From positions 9,240 to 73,239 of IMG/VR virus record IMGVR_UViG_3300036945_000641: 64,000 nt of DNA; one strand, written 5' to 3'. The notes under the pieces were generated by a model, which searched no databases, was not told where the DNA came from, and saw only the letters and a list, made by a program, of their open reading frames with translations. This stretch comes from a virus. This document shows, in pieces, positions 21,871-31,209 of the stretch (its first letter is position 1; every line of letters starts with the position of its first letter). The position numbers and the translations under genes are program-made.

Positions 21871-22401
21871 ATGACAGAACAAAAACCTTTATCACGTAGC
21901 GAACGTGAAGCACAATTAAAAGACAAATCTGGATTTGTAATTGTAATTTTTGCAATTATGCTTGCACTAACCAACTACTTTAGTAGTGGTAATAGTTCGA
22001 AGATTTTAACTAATACTATTGAAATTAATAATACTTACAGCTTTTATCAAGCCAAAGATATTAAACAGCGTTTAGATAAAATGTCTTTGGAAAATGCCAA
22101 AGACGCAAATAAAATTGCCGAATTAAAACAAAATATAGCTCGTTATACATCAGAACCAGAAACTGGCGAAGGCAAAAAGGAACTATTAGCAAAAGCTAAA
22201 AAACTTGAAGCCGATCGTGCACAAGCTAGACTACATAGTAGTTGGTATACTTATACTAGTATGATGTATCAGATAGCTATTGTGTTCTTAACAGCAGCTA
22301 TTTTAGCGGTAAATAAAAAGTTTTATACAAGTTCACTAGTAGTAGGAATTTTAGCAACTGTAATGCTAACACAAGCACTTTGGTTGTGGATGCCTCTTTA
22401 A
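21871..22401 (+). CDS. DUF4337-like membrane protein
   Basis: TM - NNTYSFYQAKDIK - two C-terminal TMs. Confidence 0.6.
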   Translation: MTEQKPLSRSEREAQLKDKSGFVIVIFAIMLALTNYFSSGNSSKILTNTIEINNTYSFYQAKDIKQRLDKMSLENAKDANKIAELKQNIARYTSEPETGEGKKELLAKAKKLEADRAQARLHSSWYTYTSMMYQIAIVFLTAAILAVNKKFYTSSLVVGILATVMLTQALWLWMPL

Positions 22402-22410
22402 GGAGGTAAT

Positions 22411-23193
22411 ATGGATCCGTTAACCCTCTTTGCCCTGGCTAATGGGGCAGTATCAGCAGTAAAAGCTGGATGTAAGCTTTATAAAGATATAAAAGGTGCT
22501 GCTGGAGAGGTTAAGGATGTATTAAAAGACTTAGACGATCAGTTTAAGAAACTACACCCTCCAGATAAACCTGCCTCAATAGAGCAACGTAATCAATTTG
22601 TAACTGAAAAGAATCGTGTAATTGAGCTTAATAAAAAAGCAAACGCAGGAGAGTACACAGGTGTTTACCAAGAAATCGGTGAACACTTGGGTGTTTACTA
22701 TGACAACTTATATAAATGCTTGGCTGTTTTTGAAGAAGAAGAACGTCGTGCAAAAAAAGAAGTATATACGGGTGACGCCAGTTTAGGTAAACGCGCACTA
22801 CAACGTGTGCTAATGCGCAAGCAGTTAGAACAAATGAGTGTTGACTTACGCGAACTAATGATCTATCAAAGTCCTCCTGAATTAGGTGCGCTATACACAG
22901 AAGTTGAAGCCATGATGCAAATTATGGGCAAAGAACAACGTGTGCTTGTTGCCAAACAAATGCAATCAGAGGCTGCTGAACAGTTTAGAAAGAAACAGCG
23001 CAGGGACAAATTGTACATTGAAATAGCGCTTGGTATAAGTGCACTAGCACTTTGTGCCGCACTTGGTTTAAGCTTTGCGCTAGTAGTTGAAGATCGAATC
23101 CGTAAATACCCTCAATACGGCACTAATTGGATACCCAGAACTGAAGAGCAACGTAAAAAAGATTCTGAACCACACGTATACGTGGGCAGATAG
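22411..23193 (+). CDS. helical protein with C-terminal TM (MDPLT N-terminus)
   Basis: aggagg RBS; architecture like 21341-21835. Confidence 0.65.
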   Translation: MDPLTLFALANGAVSAVKAGCKLYKDIKGAAGEVKDVLKDLDDQFKKLHPPDKPASIEQRNQFVTEKNRVIELNKKANAGEYTGVYQEIGEHLGVYYDNLYKCLAVFEEEERRAKKEVYTGDASLGKRALQRVLMRKQLEQMSVDLRELMIYQSPPELGALYTEVEAMMQIMGKEQRVLVAKQMQSEAAEQFRKKQRRDKLYIEIALGISALALCAALGLSFALVVEDRIRKYPQYGTNWIPRTEEQRKKDSEPHVYVGR

Positions 23194-23205
23194 ACAAGGA
23201 ATTTT

Positions 23206-23643
23206 ATGGCAGAAGAAATTAAAGTGTTATCTGCTAGTGAGCAAAAGAAAGAAGATTGGATGAATTCAAAGTGGCGACCCATGATGGGTTGGCTATACAT
23301 GGCTACTTGCACCTTTGATTTTGTTATTTTTCCTATTTTATGGAGCTTACTACAAGCAGTAACACACGCTACACAAATTACACAGTGGCAACCACTAACA
23401 TTGCAAGGTGCTGGTTTATACCATATTGCAATGGGTGCTGTGCTAGGACTTGCAGCGTTTGGTCGTACACAAGAAAAATTAGCTGGAGCTAACAACGGCG
23501 GAGCAAAATCAGAAGTTATTACTGTTACACCAACGCCTAAAATAGTTCAAGAACCTCAATTTCAACCCACAGTGCAACAACCACAGATCGTAATGATTAA
23601 CGGTAAACCTGCACCTCAACCAGCCTACCAGCCGGAGATTTAA
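23206..23643 (+). CDS. holin (3TM/GTA-holin-like)
   Basis: WRPMMGWLY...GAVLGLAAFGRTQEK motif. Confidence 0.7.
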   Translation: MAEEIKVLSASEQKKEDWMNSKWRPMMGWLYMATCTFDFVIFPILWSLLQAVTHATQITQWQPLTLQGAGLYHIAMGAVLGLAAFGRTQEKLAGANNGGAKSEVITVTPTPKIVQEPQFQPTVQQPQIVMINGKPAPQPAYQPEI

Positions 23644-23843
23644 TGAAAAGTTTATTTTATTCACTTTGCGTAGTACTAGGAGTTACATTCTTAGCATACA
23701 ACAATCCCGCATTTGCTGAAGCACAAACTAAAAAAGTATGTGTTGAGCAAAAAGACGCCAAAACAGGCAAAACCAAAGAAGTTTGTAAAGAAGTCAAGCA
23801 ACACAAAAAGCTTGAAGGCACTAAAGTTCCAGAAAAGAAGTAA
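23643..23843 (+). CDS. small secreted basic protein with two Cys
   Basis: Signal peptide ending AFA; KKVC...KEVCK. Confidence 0.6.
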   Translation: MKSLFYSLCVVLGVTFLAYNNPAFAEAQTKKVCVEQKDAKTGKTKEVCKEVKQHKKLEGTKVPEKK

Positions 23844-23902
23844 TATAAAAGTGGCTAGCCACTGTAGTGTTGCTAGCTGTTCACTAACTAACAGGGTCAG
23901 TT

Positions 23903-24592
23903 ATGGCAAATTCATCAGGAAAAAAAGCTCGCAGAGCGCAGCCTCAATCAGAACCAACTCCAGTTGAGTATGGATTTAAAGAAGTTAAACCATTAAACTA
24001 TATTCAAGGTGAGTACTTAGAGGCTATTAAATACAATGATATTATATTTGGTATTGGATCTGCAGGTACAGGAAAAACGTTTGTTGCAGCAAGTTATGCA
24101 GCCAGCGAGTTATTCCACAGACGAATTCAAAAGATTATTTTAACAAGACCCAACGTAGAAACAGGCCGAGGCTTAGGATTCTTGCCAGGTGAGCTAGAGG
24201 AGAAGTACGCTCCTTACCTAGATCCATTTGACCAAGTATTTAAACGCACGCTTGGCGCAGGCTTCTACGAATATGCACTAAAAACAAAAACTATTGAACC
24301 AAAACCGCTAGGATTTATGCGCGGTGCCTCATTTGAGAACTCAATTATCCTAGTCGATGAAGTTCAAAACATGACTAAAACTGAGTTTAAAATGTTATTA
24401 TCACGTATTGGTAAAAACTGCAAGGTAATTCTAAGCGGTGACCCTGACCAAGCAGACATTAGTGATAGTGGACTACAGGACGCAGTTAACAGACTAGACG
24501 GTATTAGTGGAATTGAAATAGTTGAATTCCTAGACGAAGACATTGTTCGTAGTAAGATGTGTAAAGCAGTTATTATGGCTTATAGAAATTAA
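23903..24592 (+). CDS. phoH: PhoH-like ATPase
   Basis: GSAGTGKT, GFLPG, FMRGASF, DEVQN, GDPDQ. Confidence 0.95.
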   Translation: MANSSGKKARRAQPQSEPTPVEYGFKEVKPLNYIQGEYLEAIKYNDIIFGIGSAGTGKTFVAASYAASELFHRRIQKIILTRPNVETGRGLGFLPGELEEKYAPYLDPFDQVFKRTLGAGFYEYALKTKTIEPKPLGFMRGASFENSIILVDEVQNMTKTEFKMLLSRIGKNCKVILSGDPDQADISDSGLQDAVNRLDGISGIEIVEFLDEDIVRSKMCKAVIMAYRN

Positions 24593-24603
24593 AGGTAAAC
24601 AGT

Positions 24604-24984
24604 ATGGCGGAAACATACACTCCCACAGAAGGCATGGCTACTGCCGCTAAACGAGCTTTAAAGTGGCGTGAAGAAGGTCGTCCAGGTGGTACACTAGTAG
24701 GACTAGCGCGAGCTAACCAACTAAAAGATCGTGACCCACTTACAGCAACAACAGTACTACGAATGTACAGCTTTTTTAGCCGACATGAAGTAGACAAAAA
24801 AGCCACTGGTTTTAACAGTGGTGAAGAAGGTTTTCCAAGCAAGGGGCGAGTAGCTTGGGATTTATGGGGCGGAGATGGTGGCTATTCATGGAGCACTGCA
24901 AAACGCAACACAATCATGCGTGAGCGTGATGACTCAAAAGCCATTGAATTTGCAGCATTATTTCTTTCAAGTTCAGACGGTTAA
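24604..24984 (+). CDS. conserved phage protein
   Basis: RMYSFFSRHEVDK...AWDLWGGD motif common in phages. Confidence 0.65.
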   Translation: MAETYTPTEGMATAAKRALKWREEGRPGGTLVGLARANQLKDRDPLTATTVLRMYSFFSRHEVDKKATGFNSGEEGFPSKGRVAWDLWGGDGGYSWSTAKRNTIMRERDDSKAIEFAALFLSSSDG

Positions 24985-24986
24985 AG

Positions 24987-25023
24987 AAAAAGCCCCTATA
25001 GAGCAATCTATAGGGGCTTTTTT
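24987..25023. terminator. bidirectional terminator between convergent blocks
   Basis: aaaaagcccctataga-gcaa-tctataggggctttttt. Confidence 0.9.
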
Positions 25024-25030
25024 GTTTTGC

Positions 25031-25651
25031 TTAAGTTAAACCCACAATTACAATGTGTGCAGAAACAGCACTAGCGCCGCCTGCATCAGGTGTAATTGTT
25101 AAAGCAACAGGATTTCCTGCTGGGTTGCGTAAGGTTAAAATAGAGTTTGCTGCATTAGTTGTAATTATTACTGTTCCAACAATTTGTGTTGTTCCAGTAG
25201 CACGACCACTAACAGTATAGGCTACCTCGACACCATTTAGTGTTAATACAAGCTGACCTGGTTCGTCTACACTAACTTGAAATTGTACTAAGTAGGAACC
25301 AACTGTTGTTAGATTAAAAGAACTTGGTGTCACCCGAGCAATGGTTGTAGCAGAATTAGGTCCGTCCACAGGAAATTGTACATCAGCGCCAGGTGCAACT
25401 GTTGCTGCATTATCGGGCGGCATTATTGCAACAAAGTCTGCAAAATTTGATGTACTAACAGGACCCGGCGGTCCCGCTGGACCAGGTATTCCTTGGGGTC
25501 CGGCAGGTCCAGGTGGTCCGGCAGGTCCAGGCAATCCACCTATAGTACTGTTTATAAATAAGTCACAGTCGTCAATAATTGGAACAGTGGGTATAAACGG
25601 ACCCATAGGCCAACCAAAAGGTATATTCTGTTGCTGTTGTTGTAGTATCAT
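25031..25651 (-). CDS. collagen-repeat protein with BclA-like C-terminal domain
   Basis: Gly-X-Y run (GPAGPPGPAGPQGIPG...); GSYLVQFQVSVDEPGQL...SILTLRNPAGN. Confidence 0.75.
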   Translation of the reverse strand: MILQQQQQNIPFGWPMGPFIPTVPIIDDCDLFINSTIGGLPGPAGPPGPAGPQGIPGPAGPPGPVSTSNFADFVAIMPPDNAATVAPGADVQFPVDGPNSATTIARVTPSSFNLTTVGSYLVQFQVSVDEPGQLVLTLNGVEVAYTVSGRATGTTQIVGTVIITTNAANSILTLRNPAGNPVALTITPDAGGASAVSAHIVIVGLT

Positions 25652-25667
25652 AACTACTCCTTAAAAT

Positions 25668-25701
25668 AAAAAAGCCCCCTCGGCTCGTGACTGAGAGGGC
25701 T
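25668..25701 (-). terminator. Rho-independent terminator
   Basis: GC stem followed by U6 on minus strand. Confidence 0.65.
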
Positions 25702-25717
25702 CAAAATACACAGAATA

Positions 25718-26656
25718 TTAACGAATATTAGTGTTTGTGTTAGTTGGAGTAGAGGTTTGTGTACCTGAACCAACATTGATAGCGGCATTGCTATTTTGGA
25801 TGTTTTGACCTAGCGACCAGATCAAGTTGGCCAATTGACCATATTGAGCCTGTTGTTGCTGTTGTTGTTGCATCTGATTGATGTTGTTAGTTGTAGTAAC
25901 TTCAACACCGCGAGCTGCGGAACCCGCATAATCACGACTACGTAATTCAATGATTGCTGCATTAGCATCACTTAATTGACGTTGCAAGTTAATTTCGTAT
26001 TGCTGTGTAATCAATGCACGAGTTTTGTCGCCATCATTGTTTACTGCTGCCTGTGTAGCATTAGCAGTTGTTAATATTTGGGTATTAACACCATTTAATT
26101 GTTGCATTAAAACAACTGCATTACCATTAACTACATCTTTAACGCCTTCAATTCGAGTAGCTAAACTTCCAGTTGTAGCATTAAATTGGTTAGTAAGACC
26201 AATAGTTTGGTTTGCTTGTGAAGCTTCCATTGCAGCTGTTGAAACAGCAACTGCTTTGTCAACTTGAACAATAGCGTTCATTAGGCTCATGTCAGCCAAA
26301 CCTTGGTTAGTTACTCCGCCAGCAACAACTGCTCCGCCGTCGCCTTCACCACCAAAAAGACCACCACGACCGCCTTGACGCAATAGCGAGCCTAAGATTA
26401 ATCCACCGATTAATCCACCGCCACCGCCACCGCCAAATAGTCCGTCACCGCCTCCGCCGCCGCCCATACCCATAATCATACCGGGTGTCATTACTTCTGC
26501 CATATCTGTATCCTTTAGTTTTGTGATCTGCGTCATAACTTTGCTATAATAGTTATTAGCCTGATCTAGTTTGTCTTGAAGCGCACCCATAGTAAATGCA
26601 ACCTGTTCCTGTGAAGGGGTAGGTACACTACCGGGAGCGCCAATCTCGTCAGCCAT
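25718..26656 (-). CDS. Gly-rich/TM/coiled-coil protein with Q/N-rich tail
   Basis: GGGGLIGGLILGSLL; GDKTRALI; poly-Q; second RBS+ATG at 26503. Confidence 0.7.
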   Translation of the reverse strand: MADEIGAPGSVPTPSQEQVAFTMGALQDKLDQANNYYSKVMTQITKLKDTDMAEVMTPGMIMGMGGGGGGDGLFGGGGGGGLIGGLILGSLLRQGGRGGLFGGEGDGGAVVAGGVTNQGLADMSLMNAIVQVDKAVAVSTAAMEASQANQTIGLTNQFNATTGSLATRIEGVKDVVNGNAVVLMQQLNGVNTQILTTANATQAAVNNDGDKTRALITQQYEINLQRQLSDANAAIIELRSRDYAGSAARGVEVTTTNNINQMQQQQQQQAQYGQLANLIWSLGQNIQNSNAAINVGSGTQTSTPTNTNTNIR

Positions 26657-26807
26657 AATCAATTTTCCTGAGTTGATTTGATAAAGCGCATCATACGCAG
26701 TTCATAAAATCTCATGAACTAAGTTTATTATACACTCTTTTTAACAAATTACAACGCTGTTTAGATCCTTGCAGCAAAACAGAATGACGCTGAAATAAGC
26801 CATAAAC

Positions 26808-26844
26808 AAAAAAGCCCTCTAGTATTTCTACTAGAGGGCTTTTT
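26808..26844 (-). terminator. Rho-independent terminator
   Basis: aaaaaagccctctagta-tttc-tactagagggcttttt. Confidence 0.85.
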
Positions 26845-26858
26845 GTATTGCGGTTTAA

Positions 26859-27038
26859 TTACTGCGGGGCAACTTCTTGAGGAGCAGCTTCTTGCTTGGG
26901 TAATTGTGCTTCAGCTTGTTCACGAATCTTTTGTGACAGTGGATTTGCAATCTTTGCTGGCAATTCTTGTAGGCCAGCTAAAACGCAGTTAATTTCGTCA
27001 ACAGAAAGGTCGTTTAATGTGAATTTAATATCGTTCAT
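26859..27038 (-). CDS. 59-aa hypothetical protein (not in ORF track)
   Basis: MNDIKFTLNDLSVDEINCVLAGLQELPAKIANPLSQKIREQA... Confidence 0.65.
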   Translation of the reverse strand: MNDIKFTLNDLSVDEINCVLAGLQELPAKIANPLSQKIREQAEAQLPKQEAAPQEVAPQ

Positions 27039-27060
27039 GTTTTATTTATAATAAAAGGGG

Positions 27061-29025
27061 TTATTTAATTGGGCAAGCGCCCGTGGCACACTCAGCATCC
27101 AGAATCTCGTCGAAGCTGTTGGTGTTGTTTAAGTCGACTTCACTCAATACTTTTACATATTCGTTGTAGTCTTCTTCGGTTACGACTTCTTGTGGAAGAT
27201 ACAAGTAACCTAAGTCTTTTGCAGTTTTAGTAGGGTCTGTGCGATAGATAAAACTAACGCCTACATAACAATCCCAGTTATCTAGTAACCAGTCAATAAT
27301 AGCAGGTACTTCGCTAGGATCATAACTAATTGTTACCGAGGTATTCTGCTGATTCCAAGATGTTTGTAGGAGTTTGTATCGCTCTAGCTGAATAACAGCT
27401 GATTCAATATTAACTTCTTTTCCTGCAACTTCATCAAAAGGAACATCGTCCCAACGTACTGGAAATGTAACTAGCACTCCCGAATCATCAACAGGATGAT
27501 TCATAACACGATAGTTGGCTTGACGTAGTTTTTCAACTACTGGGTCATGCTTACTAAACTGTACATTGTTGAAAATATACTTACCTAGTGGCTTATGAAC
27601 ACCTTCTGTGGTATCCATAATTTTACTCAATGTTCCCGACGGCTTAATACAAGTTACATTTTTAGGAGCAGGTAGACCAAGTTCTTGGCTCATACCAATA
27701 GCTGCACCAGTTGCTGTACGCTTTAAGTATTCGTAGTCATAGCTTCCCATGTCAGGACGCATTGCAATACCTGTTAAGCCTACTCCGCATAAACGCAAGA
27801 AGTAGTTGTTTAAGTGCCATGACTCTTGCAGGATACCATCTTGTAAGTTAACGCAAGTTTGGCGATAGTTAGCACGAGCAGCAAGTCGAATAGCTGTGTG
27901 TAAGCCAGCAGTATCACCTTTGAACTTAGCAATATCAGTTTCTGTTAAGTTACAGAATGACTTGTTGCCTAGTAAGATTTCTACACAAGGATTAGCACCT
28001 TTAAACCAAGGAGCGCGACGGATAGCTTCTACTTCGTTGATAAAACCTGGCTCACTGCCACCTGCTTTAATCATCATACCAAAGATTTTTTCTAAGTCTG
28101 ATCGTAGTGGGGTTTCTTTAAACACCAAGCTATTGTTAGACTGTGTGCGGTGTGCATTGTTATGCAACCACCAATCTTTCTTTGCTACAGCAAACTCTTC
28201 CCACTCTGGTTGACCGTAATCGAAAAGTGCGATTTCAGCACTGCGACGACTGGATAAAATAGTGCCAAGATGGTTAACAATGTCAAGAATATCCATCCTA
28301 GTAAGTAAACTGTCAGCACGACCATTAAGTATATTGGCAATAGCAACATAAGCAGTGCTAATTGCGCTATCACCTGAACTAATCCAGCCATATCCTTTTA
28401 ACCTTTCACCTGCGGGGCGTAATTGACTAAAATCCAATACAAGAGTATCAGCAGGGTACTTACCCGCAAGCAACTTTCCAATAGACTTTGCCCAAGCTTC
28501 TGCACTGTCTCCAACCTGAATAGTCCAAGTTTTAGTTGCTTCTTCCCAATATTCAACATTTTCCTCATTACCACCTTTTGCTGTACGTGTGCTACGAACT
28601 ACTCGGATATTTTTAATTGGCTTTGAAAAACCATTTAGTGTACCAACAATTGGCTTGAATCCAACTCCGCAACCTTGTAGTAGCAACCATAAGACGTCAA
28701 CTACATCATAGATTGTTTCAACGTGTGTAAAGCTACAGTTAAACTGTGAAGCCTCACGTGTTTTAGCTACATCTGTACCGCCTAGCCAAAGTGTGCGTCC
28801 GCTCATGGACACCTTGCGATCAAGCATTAGCTGCTCTAGGTCGTATAGTTCTGCGTATTCTTGGTCGTTTAAATCACGACCTACTGCTCGCTCCCATAAC
28901 CACTGTTGGTGGTCAATTACTCGGGCAACTGTTTCTTGCCATGTTTCAAATTGTTTTCCGTCGTCTGAAGTTGGTCTATTGTATGTTCGACGTGTAATTA
29001 CTTGTGCTCGTGTGCTGACTGCCAT
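27061..29025 (-). CDS. nrdJ: class II (AdoCbl-dependent) ribonucleotide reductase
   Basis: FNC, ANPCVEI, FCNL, TCIKPSGT, C-terminal ECATGACPIK; no nrdB in window; start MAVSTRAQ with RBS. Confidence 0.85.
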   Translation of the reverse strand: MAVSTRAQVITRRTYNRPTSDDGKQFETWQETVARVIDHQQWLWERAVGRDLNDQEYAELYDLEQLMLDRKVSMSGRTLWLGGTDVAKTREASQFNCSFTHVETIYDVVDVLWLLLQGCGVGFKPIVGTLNGFSKPIKNIRVVRSTRTAKGGNEENVEYWEEATKTWTIQVGDSAEAWAKSIGKLLAGKYPADTLVLDFSQLRPAGERLKGYGWISSGDSAISTAYVAIANILNGRADSLLTRMDILDIVNHLGTILSSRRSAEIALFDYGQPEWEEFAVAKKDWWLHNNAHRTQSNNSLVFKETPLRSDLEKIFGMMIKAGGSEPGFINEVEAIRRAPWFKGANPCVEILLGNKSFCNLTETDIAKFKGDTAGLHTAIRLAARANYRQTCVNLQDGILQESWHLNNYFLRLCGVGLTGIAMRPDMGSYDYEYLKRTATGAAIGMSQELGLPAPKNVTCIKPSGTLSKIMDTTEGVHKPLGKYIFNNVQFSKHDPVVEKLRQANYRVMNHPVDDSGVLVTFPVRWDDVPFDEVAGKEVNIESAVIQLERYKLLQTSWNQQNTSVTISYDPSEVPAIIDWLLDNWDCYVGVSFIYRTDPTKTAKDLGYLYLPQEVVTEEDYNEYVKVLSEVDLNNTNSFDEILDAECATGACPIK

Positions 29026-29033
29026 GATTTCCT

Positions 29034-29537
29034 TTATGTGCCGGTACTGCCAAATCCGCCAGTACCGCGTTCTGTGTCGTTCCAAATATCTACAAATTCA
29101 GGCAGCAAAACTGGCATTAGTACCAGTTGAGCAATTCGGTCGCCGCGTGAGATTTTATAAGGGTCTTCTGAAATATTTTTTAACAGGACTTTGATTTCTC
29201 CACGATAGCCGCTGTCAATAACGCCTACGCTGTGAGGGATAGTAATTCCCTTTTTTCCTTGAGAGCTTCTGTTAAAAACAAAGCCTGCGTAGCCCTCTGG
29301 AATTTTTGTCGCTACTCCTGTACCAACAAGTTTTTGTTCGCCAGGATAGATTTCTAAATCTTCAATGCTCATTAAATCTGCACCAGCATCAGTGGGGTTA
29401 GCACGACGTGGTAGTGATTCCTTATCTTCTACAAGGCAAGGGATTGCTTGTTTAATTGCACGATCGGTGTTGTAATCGTAGTTTCGGTTAATATTAAAGT
29501 ATACTCCGTCACTGGTAATTCTCATTTTTTCGTTCAT
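29034..29537 (-). CDS. dut: dUTPase
   Basis: AGADL, RSS, GVIDSGYRGE, RIAQL, RGTGGFGSTG. Confidence 0.95.
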   Translation of the reverse strand: MNEKMRITSDGVYFNINRNYDYNTDRAIKQAIPCLVEDKESLPRRANPTDAGADLMSIEDLEIYPGEQKLVGTGVATKIPEGYAGFVFNRSSQGKKGITIPHSVGVIDSGYRGEIKVLLKNISEDPYKISRGDRIAQLVLMPVLLPEFVDIWNDTERGTGGFGSTGT

Positions 29538-30379
29538 TTTAAATAAATTTCTAGGGTTTCGTCAATTTGTTTGCAGTTTTCAACACCAATAGCATCTTCA
29601 CTGTATGTAACTAAGTCCATTAGTTGGTAGTTTAGCATTAGTTGATCTTTACACTGGTTTAGTGCTTCAATGTATTTATACTTACCACTAATTGGAATAC
29701 TCGCAATAATATCATAAGTACTGCCATATTCATTAACAAGTCCCACGGCTCGCTTAGGTCCAATGCCAGGCACCCCAGCAACATTATCACCACTATCGCC
29801 TGTAAGACATTTAATACTAATGTAGTCTTCGGGTTCAAAATCATAGTGACTATTCCAGTTGTCAGCCGTGACTTCTTTTCTTGTAACATAGCTAAATCTT
29901 GAAATATTGGGTTGTACAAGCAAATCCCAGTCTCGATCTGAACTGATTAGCCAAACTGAGTCTACGGGTAGCTTTGATTTTTGTTTTACAATGTAGGCGG
30001 CAATATCGTCAGCTTCTACACCCTGAAACTTAATAACTGGATAATCAGTATTTTCTTTGATATATTCCAATGTCTTTTGAAATTCTTCAAAGAACAATTC
30101 AAACGCTGCTTTTTCAGCATCAGTTTGAGTCTCAAACTTGTCCTTACGATTTTGTTTGTATTCTGGATATATTGCTTTGCGATAGCTGGAACTGCCTTGG
30201 TCACAGGCCAAGATTACTTTTTTAGCTTTGTAACTTTTCTTTAGGCTGTCAATTGTGCGTACATAGTCTAGTGCAAAATCTGTTGCGCCTGAATGTTTGT
30301 ATCGAAATGCAAGATTAAGAGCGTCTACTACCATTAAGGTATTATCAGGCTCAGATACTTGTTGAAAACTTTTGCTCAT
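29534..30379 (-). CDS. D15: flap endonuclease/5'-3' exonuclease (T5 D15-like)
   Basis: GVEADD, SSDRD, LTGDSGDNVAGVPGIGPK. Confidence 0.9.
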   Translation of the reverse strand: MSKSFQQVSEPDNTLMVVDALNLAFRYKHSGATDFALDYVRTIDSLKKSYKAKKVILACDQGSSSYRKAIYPEYKQNRKDKFETQTDAEKAAFELFFEEFQKTLEYIKENTDYPVIKFQGVEADDIAAYIVKQKSKLPVDSVWLISSDRDWDLLVQPNISRFSYVTRKEVTADNWNSHYDFEPEDYISIKCLTGDSGDNVAGVPGIGPKRAVGLVNEYGSTYDIIASIPISGKYKYIEALNQCKDQLMLNYQLMDLVTYSEDAIGVENCKQIDETLEIYLK

Positions 30380-30410
30380 TTTTAGTGTTATCTTTGTGGT
30401 GTAATTGTAT

Positions 30411-30439
30411 ATTATACCCTAAATTGCACTACTTGTCAA
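30411..30439 (-). promoter_or_regulatory. sigma70 promoter
   Basis: TTGACA-17-TATAAT. Confidence 0.85.
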
Positions 30440-30888
30440 GTTACAAATTTGGGTTGCTCGTGTGTTAACCAATCTTCGAGAAGAGCTACGTAAAACTCAT
30501 GATCGTCAATGGATAAGAATAGGTATCTGTAGTTGGCTGTGGGCATTTCTAAAAATGCAACAAATATCTTTGATCTGTCAAATTTAAATGCTAACAGCGG
30601 TTTTTTGTTTACTTGTAAGCCTTGACGCACTGATTGTTTCCAAAACTCAATTAACTGTGGGTTTTTGCCCGTTAATAGTGCACTGGAAATATGGTCTTCT
30701 GCATAACCTTTTACTTCTACTGCATATAGATTAGTTCTGCCAGGCACATATAAATCTGCCTTTAGCTGATGTTTAGGGTCAAGGGCCCCTGAACCAGGAA
30801 CCCTTTCCCAACCTAATCCCGTATGTTTTTTAAGAGCATCACGTACTACAGTTTCAGTGCGAGCACCTTTTGCTCTGCTGTCTACCAT
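30436..30888 (-). CDS. D14: PD-(D/E)XK nuclease/resolvase (T5 D14-like)
   Basis: SRAKGARTE, ERVPGSGA, KADL, VEVK. Confidence 0.85.
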   Translation of the reverse strand: MVDSRAKGARTETVVRDALKKHTGLGWERVPGSGALDPKHQLKADLYVPGRTNLYAVEVKGYAEDHISSALLTGKNPQLIEFWKQSVRQGLQVNKKPLLAFKFDRSKIFVAFLEMPTANYRYLFLSIDDHEFYVALLEDWLTHEQPKFVT

Positions 30889-30890
30889 TG

Positions 30891-31208
30891 TTACGCTTTT
30901 GCAGCTTTAACAGGTTGAATAATAACTGGAGCTTCTGTGGCAGCAACTGTATCGGCTACAACTACTGCAACAGTTTCTGGAATAGCTTCTACTACAGCTT
31001 CTTGGACTTCTTCAGTTGCAACTTCTACGCCACGGAACTCAAGTGTGCAGTTGTCATCAACACGAACTGTAACTTTGCCGCTGCCAACAACGCTTAAGCT
31101 AGAACGCTCGTGGTCGCTAAAGTAGTCACCAACTTTTAGTTCAACTACTCCGCCTGTTTCGCGAACAACAGTAGCTACTACTGTACCATTAATTTCTTCT
31201 AAAATCAT
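30891..31208 (-). CDS. hypothetical protein (retention-module-like N-terminus)
   Basis: GTVVATVVRETGGVVELKVGD; low-complexity tail. Confidence 0.55.
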   Translation of the reverse strand: MILEEINGTVVATVVRETGGVVELKVGDYFSDHERSSLSVVGSGKVTVRVDDNCTLEFRGVEVATEEVQEAVVEAIPETVAVVVADTVAATEAPVIIQPVKAAKA

Positions 31209-31209
31209 A

